Shown: positions 20,695 through 30,930, counted from the first letter of the stretch. The stretch: DNA of 64,000 nucleotides from an uncultured Clostridia bacterium (GCA_944383275.1 CALWOV010000004.1:4957-68956), one strand, 5' to 3'. Translations and numbers: made by a program. Notes: generated by a model not told the origin, from the sequence alone.

Positions 20695-21915
20695 ATGGAT
20701 TTATTTGAAAAATGTTTAAAATATGATGTTGCAAAAAACGCAAGGAAGCAAGGTTTATACCCATACTTTCATTATCTTGAAAGTGGTCAAGATATAGTTG
20801 TTAATATGGAAGGAAAGCGTGTTATAATGCTTGGGTCTAATAACTACCTTGGGTTAACAAGCCACCCAGATGTTATAAAAGCAAGTATGGAAGCAACAAA
20901 AAAATATGGCACAGGTTGTTCTGGTTCAAGATTTTTAAATGGAACACTTGATTTACATATTCAACTTGAAAAAGAATTGGCAGAATTTTTACATAAAGAA
21001 GATGTTGTTACTTTCAGCACAGGCTTTCAATCTAACCTTGGAATTATAAGTGCTGTTGCTGGAAGAAATGATATTATTATTTGCGATAAAGAAAATCACG
21101 CAAGTATTTATGACGGTTGTCGTTTAAGTTTTGCCAAAATGTTAAGATATGAACACAGCAATATGGAAGAACTTGAAAAACTTTTACAAACAGTTCCTAA
21201 CGATAAAGGTTGTTTGATTGTTACCGACGGTGTATTCAGTATGGGGGGCGACATTTGTAAGTTACCTGAAATTGTAAGGCTTGCAAGAAAATATGGCGCA
21301 AGAGTTATGGTTGATGATGCACACGGCTTGGGTGTTCTTGGGAAAAATGGTCGTGGAACTGCTGAGCACTTTGGGCTTGAAAAAGAAGTTGACATTATTA
21401 TGGGAACTTTCAGTAAATCATTAGCATCATTAGGTGGATATATGGCTGCATCTGCAGAAGTATGTGATTTTGTTCGCCATAATTCAAGACCTTTTATATT
21501 CTCTGCTTCAATTCCACCTGCTTGTATAGCAAGTGCTTTGGCTGCGCTTAATATTTTAAGAAACGAACCACAACGCGTTCAAAACTTAAGAGATATAACA
21601 GAATATATGCGTAAAACTTTAAAAGAACGAAACATACCTATTCGTCAAAGTGAAGCACCTATTATTCCTATTGACACTATTGACGACTGGAGAACTTTTT
21701 ATGCTTGTAAGGCTTTGCTTGAAGATGGCGTTTATGTTAACCCTGTTATCACCCCTGCTGTTCCTGCTGGAGAAGCAATTATAAGAACAAGTTACACAGC
21801 AACACACACCAAAGAACTTATGGACGAAGCTGCTGACATTATTCAAAATGTTTTTGAACACAAACTTCCACCTGTTGAATATTTTAATGATCTAAGAGAA
21901 AAAATGAATAAATAA
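20695..21915 (+). CDS. PLP-dependent alpha-oxoamine synthase, serine palmitoyltransferase-like
   Basis: GSNNYLGL, GSRFLNGT, NHASI, DGVFSM, VDDAHG and GTFSKS (PLP lysine); N-terminal G.YPYF as in bacterial SPTs. Confidence 0.85.
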   Translation: MDLFEKCLKYDVAKNARKQGLYPYFHYLESGQDIVVNMEGKRVIMLGSNNYLGLTSHPDVIKASMEATKKYGTGCSGSRFLNGTLDLHIQLEKELAEFLHKEDVVTFSTGFQSNLGIISAVAGRNDIIICDKENHASIYDGCRLSFAKMLRYEHSNMEELEKLLQTVPNDKGCLIVTDGVFSMGGDICKLPEIVRLARKYGARVMVDDAHGLGVLGKNGRGTAEHFGLEKEVDIIMGTFSKSLASLGGYMAASAEVCDFVRHNSRPFIFSASIPPACIASALAALNILRNEPQRVQNLRDITEYMRKTLKERNIPIRQSEAPIIPIDTIDDWRTFYACKALLEDGVYVNPVITPAVPAGEAIIRTSYTATHTKELMDEAADIIQNVFEHKLPPVEYFNDLREKMNK

Positions 21916-22131
21916 TTAATTTAATATTAATAAATTAAAAAATTTACAAACTTTAATAGTAAAATTAAAAATTTCAATTTTTATAACATTAAATATATTT
22001 TACTTTTTAACTTAATTTTAAAATCACATTGTTTAATTTAAATATTTATTTTATTCATATAAAATTAACATTAAATATCTAACTCAATTTTTATTACAAT
22101 TTTAAATGATTTTAAATAATATATATATAAT

Positions 22132-22162
22132 AAAAAATTCCCATAAAATATGGGAATTTTTT
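22132..22162. terminator. Bidirectional intrinsic terminator
   Basis: aaaaaattcccata-aaa-tatgggaatttttt hairpin. Confidence 0.8.
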
Positions 22163-23400
22163 TAACCATACATACATCTAGAATTGTTTGAGTGTTCACT
22201 TGGTATATAGCTATCTTCTATTATTGACTCATTTAAATCTTCATAATCTTGGGTTAAATCTACAGCATTAGAAGTCAGTGCAAATAAAGCAATATTAGAT
22301 TTAAAAAATCTTTCCTTTACAATTTCACAACTTGTTTCATCATAAGGTTTGTTTATATATTTAAAAAATGTTAAATTGTCGTCTTTTTTGTAATTAGCAA
22401 AATCTTCTTGATTGATATTTAAAATTGCTTTAAATTGCATATTTTTCATTGCATTTTGATAGTCATCTACCATCAATACCAAATCTTTATCTGTATTTGT
22501 TAAAGTTTCTAATGTTGGGCTAATATTTGCCCCTCTTAAACTTGGGAAATAGGTTTCTTCATCTGGTTTTGCAAGCCCAAGCTCTTGAACTAAAGTTCGG
22601 TTTTGTGATTGGTCTGCAATAAAATACATTAAATTTGTTGCGTTAATAATTCTTGGTGTTAAATTAAAAGATTTGCTTTTCCTTTCATCTAAAATAGTTG
22701 GTAAGTTTAGTTTAAGAATTATATTCTCGGCATTTTTTATAGATGCCAAATCATCTAAATATTCTAATTCATTAAGTATTAAATCTATAAACTCTGAAGC
22801 ATATGAACCATTATATTTTTGATTATTTTCCATTCCATCTTTAAAGACTTTTTGTGTAACTTCTGTTACTAATTGGTTTAATTTATTATAATCAAATTTC
22901 ATACCACAGTTAACAGCATTAAACATATTTGTAGAACTTATTGATGAAAGATTTACAGCATTATCAAAATTGTTACTACCAATTAAAATTTTTGATATTT
23001 TTGAACTACTATCTGAATTACGACTATGCAATGGGCATTTATCTAGAACATTTTTTATATTTTTATAAATATTTAAAACATTAACCATATGTTCTGAAGT
23101 TGCTTGGTCAGCATTTTCTGCAACCCCAGCTTCGTGTGCCCCACTTGTTATAACAAATGGATTTTTAATGATATCAACATCATTATATAAACAAATTTCT
23201 ACTGGAATGCTTTCAACATTTATAAACTCAAGTGGAGCACTGTTAAATGTTTCTTCATCACAGTCATTTGTTTCTAAAAATAATTTATTTTTAAGTTCTT
23301 CAAAAGAATCATCGTAAGATAAGTCAAGCAATATACTGTTTGTATATTTTTTAGAGTAGTCTCCAAGTTTTACTTTTGATATTTTTCCTAAATCTGCCAT
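22162..23400 (-). CDS. Orphan acidic hypothetical protein
   Basis: 412-aa ORF with AAGGAG SD, own promoter (TTGACT-17-TATAAT at 23426-23454) and terminator; no recognised motif. Confidence 0.75.
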   Translation of the reverse strand: MADLGKISKVKLGDYSKKYTNSILLDLSYDDSFEELKNKLFLETNDCDEETFNSAPLEFINVESIPVEICLYNDVDIIKNPFVITSGAHEAGVAENADQATSEHMVNVLNIYKNIKNVLDKCPLHSRNSDSSSKISKILIGSNNFDNAVNLSSISSTNMFNAVNCGMKFDYNKLNQLVTEVTQKVFKDGMENNQKYNGSYASEFIDLILNELEYLDDLASIKNAENIILKLNLPTILDERKSKSFNLTPRIINATNLMYFIADQSQNRTLVQELGLAKPDEETYFPSLRGANISPTLETLTNTDKDLVLMVDDYQNAMKNMQFKAILNINQEDFANYKKDDNLTFFKYINKPYDETSCEIVKERFFKSNIALFALTSNAVDLTQDYEDLNESIIEDSYIPSEHSNNSRCMYG

Positions 23401-23514
23401 AGAAAGTCTCCTTTTAACTATGGTAATTATATCATTTTATATAAAATAAGTCAATATCAAACTTTTCTAGCAAAATCGCTGGACTATTTTAAAGATATAT
23501 TATACAATAGTTAT

Positions 23515-23742
23515 ATGAGAGAATTTGATGTTAAATTGTTAGGAGAAAGGCTTAAAACTCTGCGCAAAGAAGCAGGTTTTAGCCAAATTGAATTGGCAAA
23601 TGAATTAGGAATTGCTCAAAACACAATTTCACAATACGAACAAGGCATAAACTGCCCTAGTGCTGATATGATTTTTAAAATTTGTGTTGCATTAAGGGCA
23701 AACGCTGATTATTTACTTGGTTTAGACGAATTGTATAAATAA
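23515..23742 (+). CDS. XRE/Cro-family HTH regulator
   Basis: RLKTLRKEAGFSQIELANELGIAQNTISQYEQG...DYLLG; ATG lies 6 nt after a TACAAT -10 box. Confidence 0.9.
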   Translation: MREFDVKLLGERLKTLRKEAGFSQIELANELGIAQNTISQYEQGINCPSADMIFKICVALRANADYLLGLDELYK

Positions 23743-23778
23743 AAAAAGAAGATGTTTACATAACATCTTTTTTTATTA

Positions 23779-25362
23779 TTATAAAAGTTCCAAAGTTTTT
23801 CCAAATACTTTTTTAAAATCTGCCCCTGCTTGTGCTGTTATCCTTAGTTCAAAACTTATATCGGTTGAAGTAATTGTTTTCATTATAACAGAATCGCCTA
23901 ACACATCACAAACAATATCAGTAACATTACCTTGCTCTGCGCAATCTAGGCTTGCCGCAATTCTAACAATAACTGACAGGCGTTTAACTGCTTGTAAATC
24001 TTCTTCATCAACAATATCTTTATATTTAACCCATTCACTTAACGAAAACTCTTCACTATGTTGACTTTGTGCTATGAATGCTGCAACAATTAAATCTCTG
24101 TGAGATGCGCCATATATTTGAGAATTTAAAATTATATGTAAAGCATCTTTTCGTGTTGGTTGAAATCTAATTCTTGCCCCACAATTATACATATAACAAG
24201 CAATTTTAAGTGGTTTAATATAATATCTTGGTAATCTGTGCATTACACGAAGTTGTTTAAATAAAAGTGTAGCAAGTTCAAATACATGTGAACCATTTGT
24301 TTGGGTAGGCTGATAATATTTTTGGTTTGCTTGCAAACTATATCCAAGTAAGTCTTGAATAGGTTTTTCTGTTGTTAATGGAACACAATGGTTAAACAAC
24401 ACACCTGTGCTTATATCTGAATTTGAAACAACAATTTTTTGAATATTGAAGGTTTTAATTGCCCCAAGCAACATTGCAAGCCCACTAGCAATACTTCCAG
24501 CCGATGTTTGAGAAACACCTTTTATTCTTGCATCTTTATCAATTTTTAAGCCCTTAATTGCTTTATAAACATTGTCGATATCATTAAGGTTCATTACATA
24601 ATTATGTGGAATATCAAGTGGATATTTTCTTCCCTTTCTGCTTATTTTTCCAGCACTTAAGAATATATCGCCAACACCAACGAATTGAATTTCTTCAAGT
24701 CCAAGTTCATTAACCCAATTTTGTGTTTCCCACTGTTTTAAGAAAAATTCTTCAATTATATCACACTGAGTTTCAAAATTACTTTCGCCTTCCATAAACA
24801 ATTTTTTCAAAGTGTCAGAACCAAATTGCAGTGTTGCTTGCCCCAAAATTGTTCTTCTTGCATAGGCAATTAATCTTGTGTGTTCTTTTTCAATATCTAT
24901 AATTAAACCTTTTGCAACATCTAACGAATTAACAACACCTGAGTAAATTGCATTAAACTCTTCTTCATCGCTTAATAAATGAAATTTAAAACCCGAAGCA
25001 AGTTCCATCTCATCTAAAAAACCATAATGATTTTTTGCCGACCGTATTATGTGAGTTGCATATGCTATACTTTTGCATATTTTCAATGAATCGCACAATC
25101 TACGATACATTTTTATTATTTCTCGACATTCTGCAATTTGATTTGGTTTAATAACACCATCTCGTTCTATATCATCATATATATGTAATTCTTCAACATA
25201 TTCATCAAACACTTCAAAAGATGTGCCATTTGTAGATGACCAAGCCAAAACTAATTTTGCTTGATGTGGATTAATTTCTACAAGTGCAATTTTTTCACGG
25301 TCTGTTGCTTGTTTATCCGAATTTAAGTCTTTAACTTCACTATTAGAAAAATCTTTGTTCAC
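23779..25362 (-). CDS. Ppx/GppA family exopolyphosphatase-like protein
   Basis: AYATHIIRSAKN and LSDEEE...YSGV plus a C-terminal HD-like helical domain; GTG start overlaps the ferredoxin TAG. Confidence 0.8.
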   Translation of the reverse strand: MNKDFSNSEVKDLNSDKQATDREKIALVEINPHQAKLVLAWSSTNGTSFEVFDEYVEELHIYDDIERDGVIKPNQIAECREIIKMYRRLCDSLKICKSIAYATHIIRSAKNHYGFLDEMELASGFKFHLLSDEEEFNAIYSGVVNSLDVAKGLIIDIEKEHTRLIAYARRTILGQATLQFGSDTLKKLFMEGESNFETQCDIIEEFFLKQWETQNWVNELGLEEIQFVGVGDIFLSAGKISRKGRKYPLDIPHNYVMNLNDIDNVYKAIKGLKIDKDARIKGVSQTSAGSIASGLAMLLGAIKTFNIQKIVVSNSDISTGVLFNHCVPLTTEKPIQDLLGYSLQANQKYYQPTQTNGSHVFELATLLFKQLRVMHRLPRYYIKPLKIACYMYNCGARIRFQPTRKDALHIILNSQIYGASHRDLIVAAFIAQSQHSEEFSLSEWVKYKDIVDEEDLQAVKRLSVIVRIAASLDCAEQGNVTDIVCDVLGDSVIMKTITSTDISFELRITAQAGADFKKVFGKTLELL

Positions 25363-25544
25363 TATTTTTGTTCCTCTTTCTCTATTGTTATAGCAGATAC
25401 AGGGCAAACACTTTCACATGTTAAGCATTTAATGCATTTAGTTTTATCAATAACTGCGTGGCCGTCTTCATCAAAACTTATAGCATTAACAGGACAAGCA
25501 CCAACGCAAGCCCCACATCCGATACATTTTTCTTTATCTACCAT
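25362..25544 (-). CDS. 2[4Fe-4S] ferredoxin
   Basis: Two CxxCxxCxxxCP motifs; GGAGG SD. Confidence 0.92.
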   Translation of the reverse strand: MVDKEKCIGCGACVGACPVNAISFDEDGHAVIDKTKCIKCLTCESVCPVSAITIEKEEQK

Positions 25545-25787
25545 TTTAATTCACCTCCATTTTTTGCAATATAGCACAGTAATCGGCTTTTGTCAACATA
25601 GTTTTTAAAATTTTTATAAGTTAAATAATTTAAAGCATAAATAATGAAGTTATTATAATTAAATAAATAAAAACACTTGATTTTTTATAAAAACTATGTT
25701 ATTATTGACATTACTATGATATCTTAATTGTAACGGTTTAAAATACATTTTTAAATACATTTTGATATTACATTTTAATGGTTATAT

Positions 25788-25874
25788 GCGGTCATGGCGG
25801 AATTGGCAGACGCGCAAGACTAAGGATCTTGTGATAGCGATATCGTGGAGGTTCAAGTCCTCTTGGCCGCACCA
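25788..25874 (+). tRNA. tRNA-Leu(AAG)
   Basis: Cloverleaf with long variable arm, GTTCAAG T-loop and CCA end; anticodon arm CAAGA-CTAAGGA-TCTTG. Confidence 0.92.
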
Positions 25875-25880
25875 GAGAAG

Positions 25881-25925
25881 AATAAAACGAACCCAAGAGA
25901 TATTTCTCAAGAGTTCGTTTTATTT
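25881..25925 (+). terminator. Terminator after tRNA-Leu
   Basis: ataaaacgaac...gttcgttttat stem followed by a T-run. Confidence 0.7.
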
Positions 25926-25942
25926 TTTAATAACAATGTGGT

Positions 25943-26413
25943 TTGGAATTGATATTGAATTTTAATCATGTGTTTTTAGTTGAATTGGATGTAGCAATTA
26001 ATAAGTTTACGAAAGGGTTGTTTGACTTTATTACTGTAACCTTCTTTTTGGGAATACTTTTTTATAGTAATTTAGTGGTAAACTATGGACAGTTTCGAAT
26101 ATATGTTGTTGCTTCATTTTTATTGGCAATCTTTTTAAAGAGAATTTTATCTAAATTTTTATGGACAAAATGTATTAAAAGGTGCTATAATAACTTTAAA
26201 GAGAGATTCAATGAAAGAAGAAAAAAGATAATTAACATATCTATTATTGTCGGACTTGTAGTGCTGATAGCGTGTGTGATTATAACCTCTATCGTTATAT
26301 ATAATCAAAATCAAAGTTATGATGATTTAAAAGATGACAACGACCATATCTTAGACGTTTTAGACGACCAAGGAGATGGTGAAGAAGCAGTTGGAGAAGT
26401 CGATTATGAGTAA
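25943..26413 (+). pseudogene. 5'-truncated YabQ-like fragment fused to a small single-TM gene
   Basis: NYGQFRIY motif resembles YabQ; no credible start or SD; internal ATG AAA GAA GAA AAA AGA TAA at ~26211 suggests a frameshifted second gene. Confidence 0.45.
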
Positions 26414-26834
26414 CCAAAAGAAATATGATACTGCATTTTATGAAAAAATAAAAGATGATGATAAATTAAATAAGGCAAATGAATTTCACAAATTGCGTAC
26501 AGCATTTATGATTATAGAAAATAAGGTTTTATATCTAACAAACAGTACTATGACACATTATGAGTGGGCTCAGTCTTTGGGACTAGCAATGAATTGTTTT
26601 GATGAAATAACTCGTGGGTTTGTTAATGATGGTTTTATTGTTTTTTATAAGGGCAACTTTGACTATGATGATAAAATCATAGAAGACGCAAATGCTTATG
26701 CTGGGAAAGTTGCCAAGCACTGCAAATTAAAATCAGCAAATGTTTATGTTGGTATGAAAATAGGCAAAATTGGAAAAAAATGGAGTCCGAATAAATATCT
26801 TTTTTCAATAGAAACCGAAAAAGAAAATATATAA
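26406..26834 (+). CDS. Hypothetical protein
   Basis: ORF with GGAG upstream of ATG 26406; no recognised motif. Confidence 0.6.
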   Translation: MSNQKKYDTAFYEKIKDDDKLNKANEFHKLRTAFMIIENKVLYLTNSTMTHYEWAQSLGLAMNCFDEITRGFVNDGFIVFYKGNFDYDDKIIEDANAYAGKVAKHCKLKSANVYVGMKIGKIGKKWSPNKYLFSIETEKENI

Positions 26835-26882
26835 ATTGATTTTTAATCAAAAAAATATTTAAATTTTCTTTATTAATATAAT

Positions 26883-27410
26883 TTATAATTTTAACTCTTC
26901 TACTGAATTTACGACATCGAAGCAAATTGCATTTTTAGCAAGCCCTAATTTAAAATTATTTTCAAATTGTTGTAAAATTGAATCGTAAAAACCTTTATAA
27001 TTCACTAACACTATTTCGGCAGAATGTTCTTTTTGGCGTTTCGTTTCATTGCAATATAATAACTCTTCTAATGTTCCCGTTCCACCTGGCAATACTATAA
27101 TTTTTTCACAAGTGATAATGCTGTTCAATCTAGCCATCTCATTATCTACAATTTTAATTTCAATATTATCACCAAGAAATTGTGTTAGTTTAGGAACATC
27201 ATATTCTGCATATTTTGCAGGAATCACAAATTCAACATTTTTAGATAATTTACTAAACTCACGCAGTGTTTCCCCCATTAATCCATTAAGACTACCACCC
27301 TGCACATATATGTGATTATTATTTGCTAAAATTTCTCCTAATTTTCTTGCCTGCTCACAAAAATCTTGTTCTTTAAAATCAAACATTCCAGCACAAACAA
27401 AGATACGCAT
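26883..27410 (-). CDS. LOG family nucleotide phosphoribohydrolase
   Basis: GGSLNGLMG and LPGGTGTLEEL motifs; AAGGAG SD. Confidence 0.88.
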   Translation of the reverse strand: MRIFVCAGMFDFKEQDFCEQARKLGEILANNNHIYVQGGSLNGLMGETLREFSKLSKNVEFVIPAKYAEYDVPKLTQFLGDNIEIKIVDNEMARLNSIITCEKIIVLPGGTGTLEELLYCNETKRQKEHSAEIVLVNYKGFYDSILQQFENNFKLGLAKNAICFDVVNSVEELKL

Positions 27411-27531
27411 TTTAATCTCCTTAAATAATATTTCAGTTTATTATATCATAATTTCTTAAATATTTAAAAGAAAAAATTTAATTAACTAAAGTTTATAAAA
27501 AAATTTTAATTTATAAAAAATTAAAATAATT

Positions 27532-27558
27532 AAGAGCCATTGTTTAATGGCTCTTTTT
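27532..27558. terminator. Intrinsic terminator hairpin
   Basis: aagagccatt-gttt-aatggctctt followed by T-run. Confidence 0.65.
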
Positions 27559-28340
27559 ACTTTATATTGTAAATTTTTTACAAAGGAAATTAATAAATAT
27601 TTATTAATGGCAAATAAAATAAATATTTATATAAAAATTATTTTGGGGTTATTTTAAATATAAATTTTAAATTTGAAAAATTTAAAAATTTATTTAATTT
27701 ACTAATAATTAGTTAAATTTTTGTTTATTTTTTATATAATGTTTAACATTTTATAATATTTTATCTTAAATAAAGATAAAATATGTTTTAAAATATTTGC
27801 AATTTTTTGTTTAATTTTTTGTTTTTAATTAGTTTATATGAAATAAAATTTTGATAAGGAAAAGTGTTTTATATTTTAAATTATTTTTATACATAATAAT
27901 AAAAATTAAGTTAAATAAATCTATAAAATTATTTTATAGGAAGTTTATGCATAATTAAAAGATTACTTTTATAGTTACACAAACGACACTTTATTTGAAT
28001 TATATTGTTAATACTTTAGTTTTATAGTTAATTTATTTAACTGACTAAAAATTTAAAAATTGAAATTTTTAGAAATTAAGCGCTTTGCCACAAAAAATTT
28101 CAATTTTTATAATCATTTTCCAAATAAATATCTATCTTAATTTCAGGTGCCTATTAGCACTTACATACAAAACTTTTTTATTTATAAATTATGTATAGTA
28201 AAAGTTTTAATTAGTAAATTAAATAATTTTATTAAGAAACTAATATTTTGTCAAAATATTTTGAATTAAATATTTTTTATAGCAAAATAAAGTAAACTTT
28301 ATGCTTGTATAAATTTGATAGTATATTTTTATATTAAAAA

Positions 28341-28796
28341 CTATTTATATTCACATTTGAATTTTATTAAGGGTCTTTCAAGTTCATTTCCATATTCTTT
28401 TAAATCATTTAAAAGTTGCTCTTTAACTTCTGTAGGAAAAACATTATAATTTTTAAATTTAGAAAGTTGAATTAAAACAGGCTCGTATGAACCATATTTT
28501 TCTAAATTAATATTGGTATATTCTTCTGCATCTGTTTTATGAATTTTACCATCAATCCATTTACACACAAAAAAACCCTGTTTAGTATTCTTTTGAGTTA
28601 TTTCATAAATCATATACAGTGGTTCAACATTAATACCAAATTCTTCTAAGACCTCTCGTTTACAACATTGTTCTGGCGTTTCATTTTCTTCAAGCCCACC
28701 ACCCGGAAAAACATAAAATCTTTTACCTCGCTTTGTTCGTTTCATAAGCGCAATTTTATCATCTTTAATTATTATTCCCCTATATCTCTCTGTCAT
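28341..28796 (-). CDS. NUDIX hydrolase
   Basis: Nudix box PGGGLEENETPEQCCKREVLEEFG. Confidence 0.92.
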   Translation of the reverse strand: MTERYRGIIIKDDKIALMKRTKRGKRFYVFPGGGLEENETPEQCCKREVLEEFGINVEPLYMIYEITQKNTKQGFFVCKWIDGKIHKTDAEEYTNINLEKYGSYEPVLIQLSKFKNYNVFPTEVKEQLLNDLKEYGNELERPLIKFKCEYK

Positions 28797-28852
28797 ATAT
28801 TTTCCCTTTTGTATCTATTCATATTTAATTTATAATTAGATTTATAAAAATT

Positions 28853-29560
28853 TTATTTCCAACCATCTATTTGTTCAATAATTATTTTAGCCATAAACTT
28901 ATGCCCATCTGCATTAGGGTGAACACCATCTTCGCAAAGTAAATCTTTATAATCTCTGCACATTAAAAAGTTAGAACGAAAATCTATTAATTTACATTTA
29001 TGTTTATTGGCGCACTTTGTTATTGCCATATTCATTGCTTCTTGATATCTATAAATATTTGATATATCATTATTAAAAAATTCTAGAATTTTATTTGGGT
29101 CTGCCTTTTTTGATATTACGCTTGAAAAGTATCTTTCAGCATCAACAGGTGGAATTGAAGTTAAAATTACTGTAGTTTTCTTTTTTTGTAATTTTTGAAT
29201 AATTTCGTCAAGAAGTTTTGTAAATTCTTCAACGGAAGTTTTTGAACTGTGTTTTTCGTTTGGCGTTTTTGCAACATCTTCCCAATCAAAATCAGCATCG
29301 TTACCACCTATTGACAAAACAACAATATTTTTATCTCGGCGTCTAATTTCGTTTAAATAATTATCAATCAAGCCCTTTTCATAAATTCTTCTTAAAGTCT
29401 GCCCGTAAACAGATTGATTTTTAATTTCTGTCCCATAGTGTTTTGCAACCAAATTTACAACATTATCAGATAATACTTTTATTTTACTGTTTTCAGAAAC
29501 AATACCCTTTGGAACAGAATCGCCAAAAACTGTAATTTTAAAATTTTTTGCTATCTGCAT
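28853..29560 (-). CDS. SGNH/GDSL hydrolase
   Basis: FGDS, GGND and DGVHPN motifs. Confidence 0.92.
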   Translation of the reverse strand: MQIAKNFKITVFGDSVPKGIVSENSKIKVLSDNVVNLVAKHYGTEIKNQSVYGQTLRRIYEKGLIDNYLNEIRRRDKNIVVLSIGGNDADFDWEDVAKTPNEKHSSKTSVEEFTKLLDEIIQKLQKKKTTVILTSIPPVDAERYFSSVISKKADPNKILEFFNNDISNIYRYQEAMNMAITKCANKHKCKLIDFRSNFLMCRDYKDLLCEDGVHPNADGHKFMAKIIIEQIDGWK

Positions 29561-29878
29561 AATTTCTCCTATTTATTTCAATAAAACACTTAAATAAATA
29601 TATAAAATATTTACTTTAATATTTTACTTTATAAAGTATTGCCAAAAATATTTATATCAAAATTATTAATTTAAAATTAAAAATATAATTTATAAAAAAT
29701 GTTAAATTATATTGATTTCATATTAAAATTAAAATATTTATTAAAATGTTTATTTTTATTTATTAAATTATAATTAGAAATAGAAAATTAAATTGTTAAC
29801 ATATTATTAATAGTTTTTTTAATATTATATAAATTTTAACTAATTAATTATATTTACTTTTTATGTTTAATTTTTACA

Positions 29879-30718
29879 TTACTCTTCATTAATATATATT
29901 ATACCAACAGCATCTGTTCCACAATGAGTTGAAATTGTAGCCCCTGCTTGTGATACATAAATATTTTGGAAGCCAGCATCTTTCATTAATTTCTTTAAAT
30001 CTTCAATTAATTCAGGTTCTGCTGTTGTATAAGAAATAAAACCATATTTTAAATCTGGGTGATTATATTCAGCCAAGTTTTCTACAGCATATTTTTTAAC
30101 AACGCTTTTAAAATCTCCACGATATTTTTTAGTTGAAATTACTTTGCCATTAACAACTTCTATTTTAGGTCTTATTTGTAAAAGGTTTGCACCTAAAAGT
30201 TGTAACATACTGCAACGTCCACCCTTTTTCAAATATTTAAGTTGTTTAACAACAAAACTAACTCTTACATTATCACGACGTAAAATAATATTTTTAACAA
30301 TTTCTTCTGGGCTTAAACCCTTGTCTGCCATTTCTCTTGCATAGATGCAAAGTAATGCTAAACCTGTGCATAAAGTGTGAGTATCTATAACATAAATATT
30401 TTTCATTTTTTCGCCAACGCGAATTGCATTATTACAAGCAGAACTTATTGTGCTTGAAATAGAAAGATGAACAACAGCATCATAATCTTTTAATAAATTT
30501 TCAAAATGTTGCTCGAACTGATATTCGTTTACAGCACTTGTTTGAGGAATATTACCTGTTTGGTCAACATAATCAAAAATTTCTTGTGTAGGAAACTCGC
30601 CATCATATTTAACTTCATTTCCAAAAGAAACACCAAATGGAACAGTTTTAATATCAAACTTTTCTAAAAGTTCTTTACTCATATCAACACTTGAATCTGT
30701 AGATATTGCAATTTTCAT
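29879..30718 (-). CDS. DegV family protein
   Basis: STDSSVD, PQTSA, LKKGGRCS and ISTHCG motifs. Confidence 0.92.
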   Translation of the reverse strand: MKIAISTDSSVDMSKELLEKFDIKTVPFGVSFGNEVKYDGEFPTQEIFDYVDQTGNIPQTSAVNEYQFEQHFENLLKDYDAVVHLSISSTISSACNNAIRVGEKMKNIYVIDTHTLCTGLALLCIYAREMADKGLSPEEIVKNIILRRDNVRVSFVVKQLKYLKKGGRCSMLQLLGANLLQIRPKIEVVNGKVISTKKYRGDFKSVVKKYAVENLAEYNHPDLKYGFISYTTAEPELIEDLKKLMKDAGFQNIYVSQAGATISTHCGTDAVGIIYINEE

Positions 30719-30831
30719 TTTTAAAAACTCCTTTTTTGTTAAAAACTAAATATACTTTTATATTATATTGATAAAATTCAAAAAACACTACTGATTTTAA
30801 GCAATTTAATTATACGGATAAAATATGCAAA

Positions 30832-30879
30832 AGTAGAGTTATTTTTAACCAATTCTACTAATAGTAGAGTTATATTTAA
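30832..30879. promoter_or_regulatory. Candidate operator array between divergent degV and XRE genes
   Basis: AGTAGAGTTATWTTTAA direct repeats at 30832 and 30863, with an inverted half-site AATTCTACT at 30851. Confidence 0.55.
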
Positions 30880-30930
30880 ATTGCTTGATTTTAGTTGATT
30901 TTTAACTGTAAAATAGTTTATAATAACTTT

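Noticed and set aside
25741-25776. TACATTTT triple direct repeat upstream of tRNA-Leu
   Set aside because: Too short and AT-rich to distinguish from slippage.
25762-25965. 67-aa ORF
   Set aside because: It overlaps tRNA-Leu and its terminator.
25875-29560. Intact prophage or integrative element at tRNA-Leu
   Set aside because: No integrase, phage genes or duplicated tRNA 3' end was found.
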